In this document: in pieces, positions 26,573 to 36,282 of the stretch
How positions within the stretch are numbered: the first letter of the stretch is position 1
Layout: each line of letters opens with the position of its first letter
Virus record (IMG/VR): IMGVR_UViG_3300022591_000002
Source of the DNA: a virus
Taxonomy: Duplodnaviria > Caudoviricetes
Length of the DNA: 64,000 bases
Strand: one strand, 5' to 3'
Made by a program: the position numbers and the translations under genes
Notes under the pieces: generated by a model
What the model saw: only the letters and a program-made list of their open reading frames with translations
Told to the model about the DNA's origin: nothing
Database searches by the model: none

Positions 26573-26574
26573 AA

Positions 26575-26844
26575 ATGGCAGATACATTAGATCAAGGTCA
26601 AGCAGAACAACAAGCACCAGCTGGAACAGAAGCACCAGCGGCCGCTCCAGAATTAACTATTGCTGATCTTACAAACTTACGTTCAGTTATTGACGTAGCC
26701 GCACAACGAGGCGCATTCCGTGCCGCTGAAATGAGTGCAGTCGGCGCAGTTTTCAATAAACTAAACGCATTCTTAGAGGCAGTTTATCCTCAACAATTAC
26801 CACCTTCTGAAGGCACACCAGACGGCGTAAAACAAGACGCTTAA
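26575..26844 (+). CDS. Hypothetical protein
   Basis: 89-aa ORF with an AGGAG RBS. Confidence 0.75.
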   Translation: MADTLDQGQAEQQAPAGTEAPAAAPELTIADLTNLRSVIDVAAQRGAFRAAEMSAVGAVFNKLNAFLEAVYPQQLPPSEGTPDGVKQDA

Positions 26845-26854
26845 GGAGCTCAAT

Positions 26855-27442
26855 ATGAAACACGTTGGTAAAATGAAAAACAATGGCGCGAAAGTTGCTA
26901 TTGTTTACCGTACTTTGCCAGGAGATCCTTTAAGCGCCTTAGTAGTCGGTACACAAGGATTAACTGATATGCATCATGACGGTTTAATGACTGTTGTTGA
27001 AAGCGAAAGCGGTCAACAAGCAAATGAACTAGCTGATGTTTTGGCAGTACGTAAATTTGCTGATGGCACAAATATGTTGGCATTTTTACATACCAACGGT
27101 CATTTGAAAAAAGTTCCTACAGTGAACGTTACAGTTACTCCACAGTTGAATGCTAACCACATCCAATTAGACGAGCTTAATGTTTTGATTGCTGAACAAA
27201 AAGGAATTGCCTTAGAGGACTTAGCAGTAAACGATGGTTCTGAAGCTAAGAAAGTTGCTCCTAAAAAGAAAGCAACTACACCTACAGAAGAATCAGTAGA
27301 AGACGCTAACAGCGACTTTGAGCTTACTCCTGCAGAATTACGGTCACGTGCTGATGCTTTATTCAAACAAGCACAGGCACTACGTAAGCAAGCAGATGCG
27401 ATTGATCCACCAAAGAAGAAAACAGCAAAAGCTGAAGCATAA
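26855..27442 (+). CDS. Hypothetical protein
   Basis: 195-aa ORF with an AAGGAG RBS; last gene of the + block. Confidence 0.8.
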   Translation: MKHVGKMKNNGAKVAIVYRTLPGDPLSALVVGTQGLTDMHHDGLMTVVESESGQQANELADVLAVRKFADGTNMLAFLHTNGHLKKVPTVNVTVTPQLNANHIQLDELNVLIAEQKGIALEDLAVNDGSEAKKVAPKKKATTPTEESVEDANSDFELTPAELRSRADALFKQAQALRKQADAIDPPKKKTAKAEA

Positions 27443-27471
27443 GAAAAGCTCCTTAATTGGAGCTTTTTTTT
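27441..27471. terminator. Bidirectional intrinsic terminator between the convergent blocks
   Basis: AAAAGCTCC-TTAATT-GGAGCTTTT with a T-run downstream and an A-run upstream. Confidence 0.85.
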
Positions 27472-29572
27472 AGACCTTAACTTCTATTACACCCGGACCG
27501 TCCTGCGCATTTTCCAATGCTCGGCCAATTACGGCTAATGGACTATCACCTTCTTTAAATGCTTCTGCATGACCTGGAGTTGCACTAGTAACTAGCAAGT
27601 CACCTTTCTTAATTGGGCCAACTACTCGACACGGAACACGACCTTTTAGTGCAACTTCAACTCCTTCAATTCCGTCATTCATTAAATGCGCAGGATTAGT
27701 TGAAACAATACCTGCCCAATTTAAACTAGCACGGTTGATAGATAATGTAGTTTCTGCTTCACCGCCAATTACCAAAACTGTGCCTGGTTCGTATTCATTA
27801 TCGGCAGTATATTTTTCTGCCAAGTCAGCGTATTGTGCCGATGTTGCTAAGCCATGGAATATGTTTCCGTAGAAATCAGTTCCGTGAAAATCGTTAGCAT
27901 AAACGTTTTTACTAGAATCACGTTGTACAATAGTGTTTGCTTGTGTGCCATCTGTTGTTGCCGCAAAGTAACCACCAGTACCCAATAATGAAGTTGCTTG
28001 TAAACTTGCACCAGAACCAATTTGCCATTGTCCGTAGAAGTTACCAGTGTCTGAACTATTAGCACCTGCTCTTAATGCAGGACCTTGGAAACTTGCACCG
28101 TAGAAAGAAATACCGCTAATGCCGCCGGTGCCATCACGCTGTACTAGAGTATTTTTAATTGTGTCAGTTGTACCAGATACTGTGGGGGTAATGTATGCAT
28201 CGCCTGCCGCATTTTTAAGACTGCTGGCCTGGAAAGAAGCGCCACTATCTAGTATCCAAGTACCTCTAATTTTAGGACTGTTAGTTCCGCTTAGACCGCG
28301 TACAGTTGCATATCCACTGCCATCTAATTGTAGTATTGATGTAGGTGTTGAGTCTGTTGCAGAGTGTATATAACCACCGTTATCTGCACTTTGTAAAAAG
28401 TTTGCGTTTGTTGCTAATCCTGCTGTAGTCGCGGCCACAGTACCACCGCCAACAACACTAATACTTCCATTTACTGTCCAGTTACCTGTAATAACTCCGT
28501 TTCCAGATGCAGGTGCAACTGTAGGTTCTGTTGCGCCCGGTGCTGTTAATGTTGCCGAAATTAAATTAGATGCATATAGTTTATTGAAAGAATTTCCAGA
28601 ACCAGTTGCACCAAGATTTGTTAATGCACTAGCGTTTGGAAGAATAGCATTAGTTGAGCCGCCCCCGTCAATATGGAATATTTCTGTTAGTGCAGAATTT
28701 TTTGTAACGTTAAAATTAATTCTACTAGCTTGAATGTTTGATAAGTTACCAACTGTGTTTTGAGTAACGTGTAAGTGAACAATTTTATTTGTACCTACAT
28801 ACAATCCATCGTCAACTGCAATATTAATTGCACCGCTAATACCTGCAAGTTCTGATTTTAATAAGTAATCATCACCGGTGTGAATAGTACTATAGTTTTC
28901 TGTTCTTCTTACTAGGCCTTGTGCAGAACTTGCAGTACCCCAGAACAAATAGTCTGTTGATATACCAATTCTATTTGCACCACGAACTGTAACACCTGCG
29001 CCAACAGCTGGATATTTTGCAATCAAGCCATCGCTGTTGTTTGTTATAAAACTAAAATCAGATATTAACGCAGGCACGTCGCCAGCAACTTGTTGAAGAA
29101 TTACTGATCGTTTAACAGCCGCATCATCTGTAATAGTACCAACGATTGCACCAGTAGTCAATGAACTACTTGAGCCAACTGGTCCAATTAGAACGTGTTG
29201 AGTTCCGTTATAAACATAAAGTTTTTGTAGTGCGCGGTCCCAGTAAAAATCACCGATAGTTTGATCAACTGGAAAGTATGATTCTAACGGATTAATCAAC
29301 GCTAGTTTTTTCCAGCCAGCTGTAGTCCCGTCTGTGTTTACATTCAATTTTTTATTTGCAGAATCGTACCATACTTGACCAACTACTGGCTTTGCAGGAC
29401 TTGTTGAGTTTGCAAAATTTTCTAGTAATTGAAAAAAGTTTTCGTTAACAACTTGTCCATAACCTGAATAATTCTTACCAACAAATGTTAAGTCAGCAGT
29501 AGTAGAATTAATGCTACCGTCTTGAATGACAGCAATTTGTTGTCCATTTGTTTTGTTTAAGATATATGGCAT
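27470..29572 (-). CDS. Tail fibre/spike protein with C-terminal intramolecular-chaperone-like domain
   Basis: Shared fibre N-module (LTFVGKNYSGYG..LLENFA..P.KP..GQVW), VQRD repeats, C-terminal YADLAEKY...VALKGRVP...KKGDLLV. Confidence 0.8.
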   Translation of the reverse strand: MPYILNKTNGQQIAVIQDGSINSTTADLTFVGKNYSGYGQVVNENFFQLLENFANSTSPAKPVVGQVWYDSANKKLNVNTDGTTAGWKKLALINPLESYFPVDQTIGDFYWDRALQKLYVYNGTQHVLIGPVGSSSSLTTGAIVGTITDDAAVKRSVILQQVAGDVPALISDFSFITNNSDGLIAKYPAVGAGVTVRGANRIGISTDYLFWGTASSAQGLVRRTENYSTIHTGDDYLLKSELAGISGAINIAVDDGLYVGTNKIVHLHVTQNTVGNLSNIQASRINFNVTKNSALTEIFHIDGGGSTNAILPNASALTNLGATGSGNSFNKLYASNLISATLTAPGATEPTVAPASGNGVITGNWTVNGSISVVGGGTVAATTAGLATNANFLQSADNGGYIHSATDSTPTSILQLDGSGYATVRGLSGTNSPKIRGTWILDSGASFQASSLKNAAGDAYITPTVSGTTDTIKNTLVQRDGTGGISGISFYGASFQGPALRAGANSSDTGNFYGQWQIGSGASLQATSLLGTGGYFAATTDGTQANTIVQRDSSKNVYANDFHGTDFYGNIFHGLATSAQYADLAEKYTADNEYEPGTVLVIGGEAETTLSINRASLNWAGIVSTNPAHLMNDGIEGVEVALKGRVPCRVVGPIKKGDLLVTSATPGHAEAFKEGDSPLAVIGRALENAQDGPGVIEVKV

Positions 29573-29575
29573 GGG

Positions 29576-31759
29576 TTAACTTCCGTTTCTAAATTTAATA
29601 ATTGGTAGTAGAGCAACGTTACGTGGTCTAACTTCATTTGCTGTACCTGCTGACTCTGTTCTGTTTTTAATTGTCCAAATAGTGTTGTCATTTGTACCAC
29701 CATCATTATAACTGGTGTCATTAATAGGTTGTACATAAGCACCATAACCTGCTTCTGGTTCTGCTTGCCCTAAGGCGTTACGTGCTGGGTAACCATAACT
29801 GCCATCTAAGTTTCTGCTTCCAGTAATTGGGTTAGATGCATCAGATTGTATTAACCATACGTCATCAATCAAGTGAGTATGGTTGCCGATATCACCAGTT
29901 TGGAATGATCCTAGGTTACGTCCGATATCAACTCCTCGACCTAAGTCAACACCTCTAATAAATTCACCCAACAAGTTAGGAATTTTAAATGTATTGCCTG
30001 CGCCGCCGTATGTATAACCAACAGCCGCAAATAATTCTGGGTATGAAGTGGTTACTAGTGAACTTCCATCGCACACTAAGTATCCGCCAGGTGCAGTAGA
30101 ACCGGCATGGTGCATAATTGTACCTGCAGGAACTGCTGTAAAGCCACTAAGTGCTGTGTTTAATGCTCTAGTCAATGCATCTATTTGATTTTGTAAATCG
30201 CTATATCTGTTGTCAACGTAGGTTTTAACGGCATGTTGAGTCGGCAATCTTGATGCTAGATTACCTGTTAATGCAACATCATCGTCAAACTGTGTCACTA
30301 TGTTGTTAACGCTGTCAGTAATAGAAACTAAATTTGCAGTTAAGGCGTTAGTTTGGACTGTTCTACTGATCACATCTCCAGCATTAAGAGATCTCCATGT
30401 ATTACCAGGGGCACCTAAGTTGTAACTTAGGTCATCGCTTGGAAGCATGTCTCCTTTAACTGACCAAGAACCAATTAGGTTACCTGGATTATTAAGACCT
30501 GCACTAAATGTTCTAGCATTAACTGTGTCAAAACGTTGAGTTGAATTACCTAAGTTATTTGAATAGTCTGCATTAGGAACGATTGTTGCATTTGTATCTA
30601 ATTTCCAGTTACCTGCAATATCACCAATTTGTGATCCTGAATCAATAGCACCAGTATAAACTTTATTAAAACGTAGTACACTAGTTCCTAAGGTGTTACC
30701 TAAGTCAGCAAAAGGTGCAATTAAACTGTTATTAGTTAATTGCCAGTTACCTTCAATGGTGCCGTTGGCAATTGCCGATCCTGCACTTAGTTCTAGACTG
30801 TAAACATTTTTCCATACGTTATTTGAATTACCTAATTGTTGACGATTATAGTTTGCAGGAATAATACCTTCTTGCAATACTTGAGCTACTTTATTTGCAC
30901 CATCGTTAACAAACAAACTCATGCCCGGACCATATGCATTAACAATTAGATTGTCATTAATGTCATTGTTAAGTGTGGATGCATTTCTACCTATTGTTAC
31001 GCCCGATTGGAATGACCATAGGCTAGCAATAGTTTCAGTTTGATCACGCTGTGGGTATGTTGTATCTAATAAATTTGGAATACCGTATAGTGCAACATCA
31101 GTACTTGTAGTAACATGACGGTTAGCAATATTGTAATTTTTAAATGTAATACCTCTGTAGACATTTGGAAAACCGCTAGCAACTAGTGTAGCAGTTGACG
31201 CAAATGTTCTTTGAGAGAATATTGCCATTGCTTCGCCGTTGATAATCAATTCAACGACTGGGTGATTTGTACCTGTGCTGTCAGCTACCGCAGTAGAACG
31301 CATCTTAGTTTCTAAGAAACCTGGAACACGCTCTGGACCAATTAATTGATATCCTGTGCTTGTAGTAGCGATATATAGTTGACGGTCGTCACTCTTATAC
31401 CAGAAGTCTCCTGGCTGACTAGCGGCTACAGGAGCACCGCCTGCTCTTTGATTAATAGTTGTATCGGTAGAAGTTGTACTGTACAACATTGTACCAAGCG
31501 GGCGCCAATTAGTATTATCGTATACCATTGGACGTAACACGCTAGCAGAATTGTCAAACCAAATTTGTCCCTGTATTGGATTCAAAGGACTTTGTACATC
31601 AGAAAAATGTTCTAGCATCCATACAAAGTTATCGTTTTGATATTGTCCAAATCCGGAAACATTCTTTCCAATAAGATTTAAGGTAGTAGTGTTATCTATT
31701 TGCCCATCAGGAATAGATGTTAGTAGTGTGTTATTTGTTAATCTTATTAGATATGACAT
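29576..31759 (-). CDS. Tail fibre protein with tail-collar domain
   Basis: Shared N-module; about four internal P..D....LG....F/W repeats; collar VPAGTIMHHAGSTAPGGYLVCDG..YPELF; C-terminal RPRNVALLPIIK. Confidence 0.85.
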   Translation of the reverse strand: MSYLIRLTNNTLLTSIPDGQIDNTTTLNLIGKNVSGFGQYQNDNFVWMLEHFSDVQSPLNPIQGQIWFDNSASVLRPMVYDNTNWRPLGTMLYSTTSTDTTINQRAGGAPVAASQPGDFWYKSDDRQLYIATTSTGYQLIGPERVPGFLETKMRSTAVADSTGTNHPVVELIINGEAMAIFSQRTFASTATLVASGFPNVYRGITFKNYNIANRHVTTSTDVALYGIPNLLDTTYPQRDQTETIASLWSFQSGVTIGRNASTLNNDINDNLIVNAYGPGMSLFVNDGANKVAQVLQEGIIPANYNRQQLGNSNNVWKNVYSLELSAGSAIANGTIEGNWQLTNNSLIAPFADLGNTLGTSVLRFNKVYTGAIDSGSQIGDIAGNWKLDTNATIVPNADYSNNLGNSTQRFDTVNARTFSAGLNNPGNLIGSWSVKGDMLPSDDLSYNLGAPGNTWRSLNAGDVISRTVQTNALTANLVSITDSVNNIVTQFDDDVALTGNLASRLPTQHAVKTYVDNRYSDLQNQIDALTRALNTALSGFTAVPAGTIMHHAGSTAPGGYLVCDGSSLVTTSYPELFAAVGYTYGGAGNTFKIPNLLGEFIRGVDLGRGVDIGRNLGSFQTGDIGNHTHLIDDVWLIQSDASNPITGSRNLDGSYGYPARNALGQAEPEAGYGAYVQPINDTSYNDGGTNDNTIWTIKNRTESAGTANEVRPRNVALLPIIKFRNGS

Positions 31760-31769
31760 TTAGTGTTCC

Positions 31770-33614
31770 TTAAGCGATTGGGTTAGCTGGATCTGCTACC
31801 CAAGTTGAACCCGATACATAGTATCTGTAGATGTGTTGTACGCAAACTGGTTGTTGATTTGGCTGTGTAGCAACTGTAATACCTGGAGTTCCGTACAATA
31901 CTGATTGACTGTTTTGTACACCGCCCTTGTCAACGCTTACATACTGACCAGAGAATGTAACGTTAGTCAATAGTGACGGTATGATATAGTTTAGTGTGTT
32001 TACTCGAGCCTCTGCTTGGTCCGGAATATTATATAACGAACTTACAGGATCAACAGGAGGTAACATGATGTTCAAGAAGTTATTGATAACAAATGAATCA
32101 ACGTTTGCTTTACCTGTAATGTCTACTGTAAACACATATTTCTTGCTGGCCGCAATCTGTTGAACGCTGTCAACATAGCCTTTTGTAGCAAGAGTACTTG
32201 TGCTGTCTGAAATTAATGTTGGTTTAGCATTGATAATTTTCTTACCGCTGATATTAATATTGCCTAACGCAGGATTATTGTTCATTAAAACTAAATCACT
32301 GTTGTTAACCGTATTAATAGTCGATGTCGAAATACTAATATTACCAACTTGAATGTTTGTTAGTGTACCTACTGCTGTTAGGTCTGGAGCAGTTGTTACA
32401 TTACTCAACGCTAGACCAGAACCACCAGCAGTGAATACTTGTGTTCCATTAACATACAAACTGTTAGGAGTTGTAATGTTTACATTAGAGTTAAATTCCC
32501 ATGCTGGAATATTTGGTCTATACAAGATTGTATGATCTGTTGAGCCGTGTAGTACAATACCTGCACCATCTAAGTTTACATCTGGTAAGCTAGGATATGC
32601 AAGTTCAATTAATTTGTTTTCAACCTGTAATACTTTAACTTCTACGTGAGTAGCATTGCTAATAATGTCTAGATTACCTTGAATTCTAACATTACCCACA
32701 ACATCAAGATTATAATTTGCTGTTGGTGTGTCAGTCCAAATACCAATTTGTTTAGTAATTGGTTTGACTTTAATTGCTGTTACATCGCCGCCTAGGTTAG
32801 TACTAGCTACTTGAATTGTTAAATCTTGATCTAGCGTACTGCTAGAAATAGTGTTGCCTGTATAGTTGTCATTGTAAAGTTGAATACCACCGTTGACTGC
32901 AACTAGGCCGCCAACTGCAACTAATGTACCTGTAACAACCGCAGTAGTTGTATTAAAGAATGCAGTAATTTTACGTGAATCAACACCTGCAACACCACCT
33001 GCATTGGTCGCAGTTCCTTTAACAACTGCTGATGTTACTAGATTAAGACCTTGTACAACCGCTGTTAAACCGCCTACAGAGTTAGCTAACTGAAATGCTG
33101 TATCACTTAATATAGCAATTAATGTGCCATTGTTATATAGATTAGCAACAGTATGATCTACTAGTGTGCTATCCTGTAATGTTTCGATAACAAAACCTGC
33201 TTTTCCTGAAACATCTGAGTAACTTTTACCTGCTGGTGAATAAGAACCAGAAATACCATCGTAATATTTTAATTGACCGTTGACTGTGTCAATCCACAAG
33301 TCACCTGCAACAGGACCAACTGGTTGTAAGTTGCTGATAATAGGACCGCCAACTGGACGCGGTTGTAAGGATTCGTTGAATACATACAATCTACCTGCGT
33401 TGGTGTTGAACCAAATTTGTCCTGTCAATGGACTTCTTGGCGGTACTGTGTTAGCAAAGTTTTCTAATAGACCAATTAGGTTGTCGTTATAGTAAGTTCC
33501 GTAGGCATTGTAATTTTTACCTATCAAAGTCAAGCTAGAACTAACCTGATTAACTGTTTGATCAGGTACTGTTGCTAGGATATCACCGTTGGTTTTGTTA
33601 ATTGTATATGCCAT
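31770..33614 (-). CDS. Tail fibre-like structural protein
   Basis: Shared N-module (LTLIGKNYNAYG..LLENFA..PP..P..GQIW); Asn/Thr/Val-rich beta structure. Confidence 0.8.
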   Translation of the reverse strand: MAYTINKTNGDILATVPDQTVNQVSSSLTLIGKNYNAYGTYYNDNLIGLLENFANTVPPRSPLTGQIWFNTNAGRLYVFNESLQPRPVGGPIISNLQPVGPVAGDLWIDTVNGQLKYYDGISGSYSPAGKSYSDVSGKAGFVIETLQDSTLVDHTVANLYNNGTLIAILSDTAFQLANSVGGLTAVVQGLNLVTSAVVKGTATNAGGVAGVDSRKITAFFNTTTAVVTGTLVAVGGLVAVNGGIQLYNDNYTGNTISSSTLDQDLTIQVASTNLGGDVTAIKVKPITKQIGIWTDTPTANYNLDVVGNVRIQGNLDIISNATHVEVKVLQVENKLIELAYPSLPDVNLDGAGIVLHGSTDHTILYRPNIPAWEFNSNVNITTPNSLYVNGTQVFTAGGSGLALSNVTTAPDLTAVGTLTNIQVGNISISTSTINTVNNSDLVLMNNNPALGNINISGKKIINAKPTLISDSTSTLATKGYVDSVQQIAASKKYVFTVDITGKANVDSFVINNFLNIMLPPVDPVSSLYNIPDQAEARVNTLNYIIPSLLTNVTFSGQYVSVDKGGVQNSQSVLYGTPGITVATQPNQQPVCVQHIYRYYVSGSTWVADPANPIA

Positions 33615-33618
33615 AGTC

Positions 33619-35586
33619 TTAAGTCTTTATTATGTAATTTAAATGCGTCAACGGATACATTGCATCCCCTGGATTAACAACAACGTTGCCGTTATCTGCA
33701 TTTGTGCCGCGCCAGGTTAAGTTAGGCACTTTAAATGTTGTACCGCTACCACCGTAGTTGTATTGAATTACTCTAAACAAATCCGGATATTCTGCACGAT
33801 TGTAACTTGCGCCATCACAAATTAACCATTGATGCTTCTTTCCGTTTAGTGCTGGATAGTTTGAATTACTTGAATAGTCGTTGATATACGAGTAAGATGC
33901 GGGACCTGCAAAAGGAATAATACAGCCTGTTGTGATTAATCCCTCATATAAATCAGATAGGAAATCAGATTTTTGTTGTTTTAATAGAGTACCGTTACCG
34001 TGTGCGCCTGTATCAGGGACGTTAGCACCGTATTGATCCTGTGCTTGTCTATAAATGACTAGTTGATCTGAAACTCGTGTTGTTGCTGTAGAACCACCTT
34101 GTACTTTATATACAAAGTCAGGAGTAGCTCTAGTTTCAAATGTAACATCTTGTAATCCGTTAAAGGATTTTGGTGCATAAGAATTTGTGCCAGCATCAAA
34201 AGATTCTAAAGCACCAGTAATACCAAAGTTACTTGATCTAGAAATTCTTGAAGCAGATGATGCATTACCGTTAAATGTTGCGGCAGAGTTATTTGGTCCT
34301 GTATATAAATTCGCATATACATTACGCCATGCTACATTAGTATCACCAATGTCATAAATGCTAGCCTGTGAAGGATTTAATACTGATGTATTTGAATTTG
34401 CCGCATTAGTTATTGGGCTTGATCCAACAGTTAACGGACCTCTTAGAACGTGTTCGCCAGTAACTACCAGTGTGCCGCCAATGCCAGCACCGCCGTTGAC
34501 TATAAGAGCGTTGCTACCTGTTGCAGAAATATTTTCGTTGCTAGATTGTACAATCAATGTTTCAACTGTTGCATTAGCAGATACGTGTAAAGATCCTGTT
34601 ACATCTAATTCAGCTGTAGGATTTAAATTGTTAACACCAACTCTGTTTGAGTTACCGTCGATAACAACAATAGGACTGTTAATATTGTTCTTAATTGCAC
34701 GGAATACAAATCGGCCACCGGATGTATTTCTAGCACCGTAGCTGTTTAAGAATGTTGCATCATATTGATTCTGTCTTTGTATTGCAAATGTAGGATCAGT
34801 ACCAATTGAAATACCTTGATCAGTATTGAATGTAACTAGGTTATGAAATGTTTCTGGTATATCTGTTCTAGCAAATGCGTCTGCTGTGATAGGAGATGCT
34901 GAAGTGCTTTGTAATAGACCCTTGGCCGCATTGGCTGTTCCATTAAAGGCCGCAAATAAAGGACTTTGTGTTGTTCCAAAGTTTTTATTAGTTACGTTAA
35001 CGCCGGTTTTAATTGTGTTAAAGCCGTCAATTGCCTGTAATGGTGTAAATGTATCTGCTGAAACAATTTCAATAGCATTGCCATTTACATAATTGATAAC
35101 AATATTATGACTTAGGCCTGCTAGGTCAGTTGATGTTGTAGCATATGGACCAGTTTTACTAGAGCCTGCATAGTTAGGCCCTATTAGAATAAATGTGCTA
35201 CCGTTCCAAATATATACTTGTTGTTGGTTAGTGTCAACCCAAATATCGCCAACGCTGGCGTTAGTTGGTGCAAAGGCAGATTGATGTACTCCGTTAACAG
35301 GTGCCCATGTAGCATTGTGGGCTGTTCCATCATTTACCAACAGTTTCTTATTCAAAGGATCACTGGTGTTAAACCATAGCTGGCCTTCAATAGGGTTGTT
35401 TGGTGGACTTGAACTTGCAAAATTTTCAAGCAAGTGAACTAGGTCTTCTGAAACCGCAGGACCATAACCTGGATAGTTTTGTCCTACTAGTTTAAGACTA
35501 GTATCTGTTTGATTCAAGGTACCATCAACCACTACTATAGGTGTAGTCTTACCTGGATCAGAATAATAAACGTTGTAATTCGCCAT
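33619..35586 (-). CDS. Tail fibre protein with tail-collar domain
   Basis: Shared N-module; C-terminal collar GCIIPFAG...WLICDG...YPDLF..I.Y.YGG..FKVPNL. Confidence 0.85.
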   Translation of the reverse strand: MANYNVYYSDPGKTTPIVVVDGTLNQTDTSLKLVGQNYPGYGPAVSEDLVHLLENFASSSPPNNPIEGQLWFNTSDPLNKKLLVNDGTAHNATWAPVNGVHQSAFAPTNASVGDIWVDTNQQQVYIWNGSTFILIGPNYAGSSKTGPYATTSTDLAGLSHNIVINYVNGNAIEIVSADTFTPLQAIDGFNTIKTGVNVTNKNFGTTQSPLFAAFNGTANAAKGLLQSTSASPITADAFARTDIPETFHNLVTFNTDQGISIGTDPTFAIQRQNQYDATFLNSYGARNTSGGRFVFRAIKNNINSPIVVIDGNSNRVGVNNLNPTAELDVTGSLHVSANATVETLIVQSSNENISATGSNALIVNGGAGIGGTLVVTGEHVLRGPLTVGSSPITNAANSNTSVLNPSQASIYDIGDTNVAWRNVYANLYTGPNNSAATFNGNASSASRISRSSNFGITGALESFDAGTNSYAPKSFNGLQDVTFETRATPDFVYKVQGGSTATTRVSDQLVIYRQAQDQYGANVPDTGAHGNGTLLKQQKSDFLSDLYEGLITTGCIIPFAGPASYSYINDYSSNSNYPALNGKKHQWLICDGASYNRAEYPDLFRVIQYNYGGSGTTFKVPNLTWRGTNADNGNVVVNPGDAMYPLTHLNYIIKT

Positions 35587-35591
35587 CGTGG

Positions 35592-36260
35592 TTATCCGGT
35601 TATATTAGTTAGAGCCTGTACACGAACTGTATAGTCAATCTGTAACATACGGTTCAAACTCTTTTGTACTGGGTGGAAGATAACGTGAGTTAATAAGTTT
35701 CCTGTTCCCGGACCGTTAGGGCCGTATGCTCTTAATCCTAATTCGTCAAAAACAAAGTTGCTGTTTAATTGAGTAGCTGTGTCAAATGCTTGCTGACCGC
35801 TTGGTTCACCAAAGTCAAGTAAGCAACTTACTAGAATGTCTGTATATGCAGTACCTGTAATATGACGTACATCCATAAAGTTACGACTAGGATCTAAATC
35901 GCCAGGATTACTTGCATCAACTATCTTAATATAAGTTTGATTGTATAAATTAGCGGCTGTTCCTACAGAGTTGGGTGTCAAATATGTAATAATACCAGTT
36001 GGGTCAACCCGAGTTCCGCCGTTACCAAAGCACATTTCAGCGATCCAACCTTGCCCTTGATTACTTACAGCCTGCGCTAGTGCTAGACTAAAGTTCTCAT
36101 AGTGGATTGCATTTGGTTTATCGATAAACACTTCACCCGTTTCTGGATTGAATATTTTGATATGCCCACGCAAATAGATACCACTAGTTTCATCTGGTGC
36201 GGTTTCTGCTTGGGTTTCTTGCTGATTCTGAGCTAGGTTTTGTTGATTGATCTCTTCCAT
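35592..36260 (-). CDS. Virion structural protein (tail/baseplate-associated)
   Basis: Located in the tail operon; start set at ATG 36260, 5 nt after ATAAATA. Confidence 0.65.
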   Translation of the reverse strand: MEEINQQNLAQNQQETQAETAPDETSGIYLRGHIKIFNPETGEVFIDKPNAIHYENFSLALAQAVSNQGQGWIAEMCFGNGGTRVDPTGIITYLTPNSVGTAANLYNQTYIKIVDASNPGDLDPSRNFMDVRHITGTAYTDILVSCLLDFGEPSGQQAFDTATQLNSNFVFDELGLRAYGPNGPGTGNLLTHVIFHPVQKSLNRMLQIDYTVRVQALTNITG

Positions 36261-36265
36261 AATGA

Positions 36266-36272
36266 TATTTAT
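36266..36272 (-). promoter_or_regulatory. T4-like late promoter motif
   Basis: ATAAATA on the minus strand, 5 nt before ATG 36260. Confidence 0.5.
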
Positions 36273-36282
36273 CCAGTTATTT

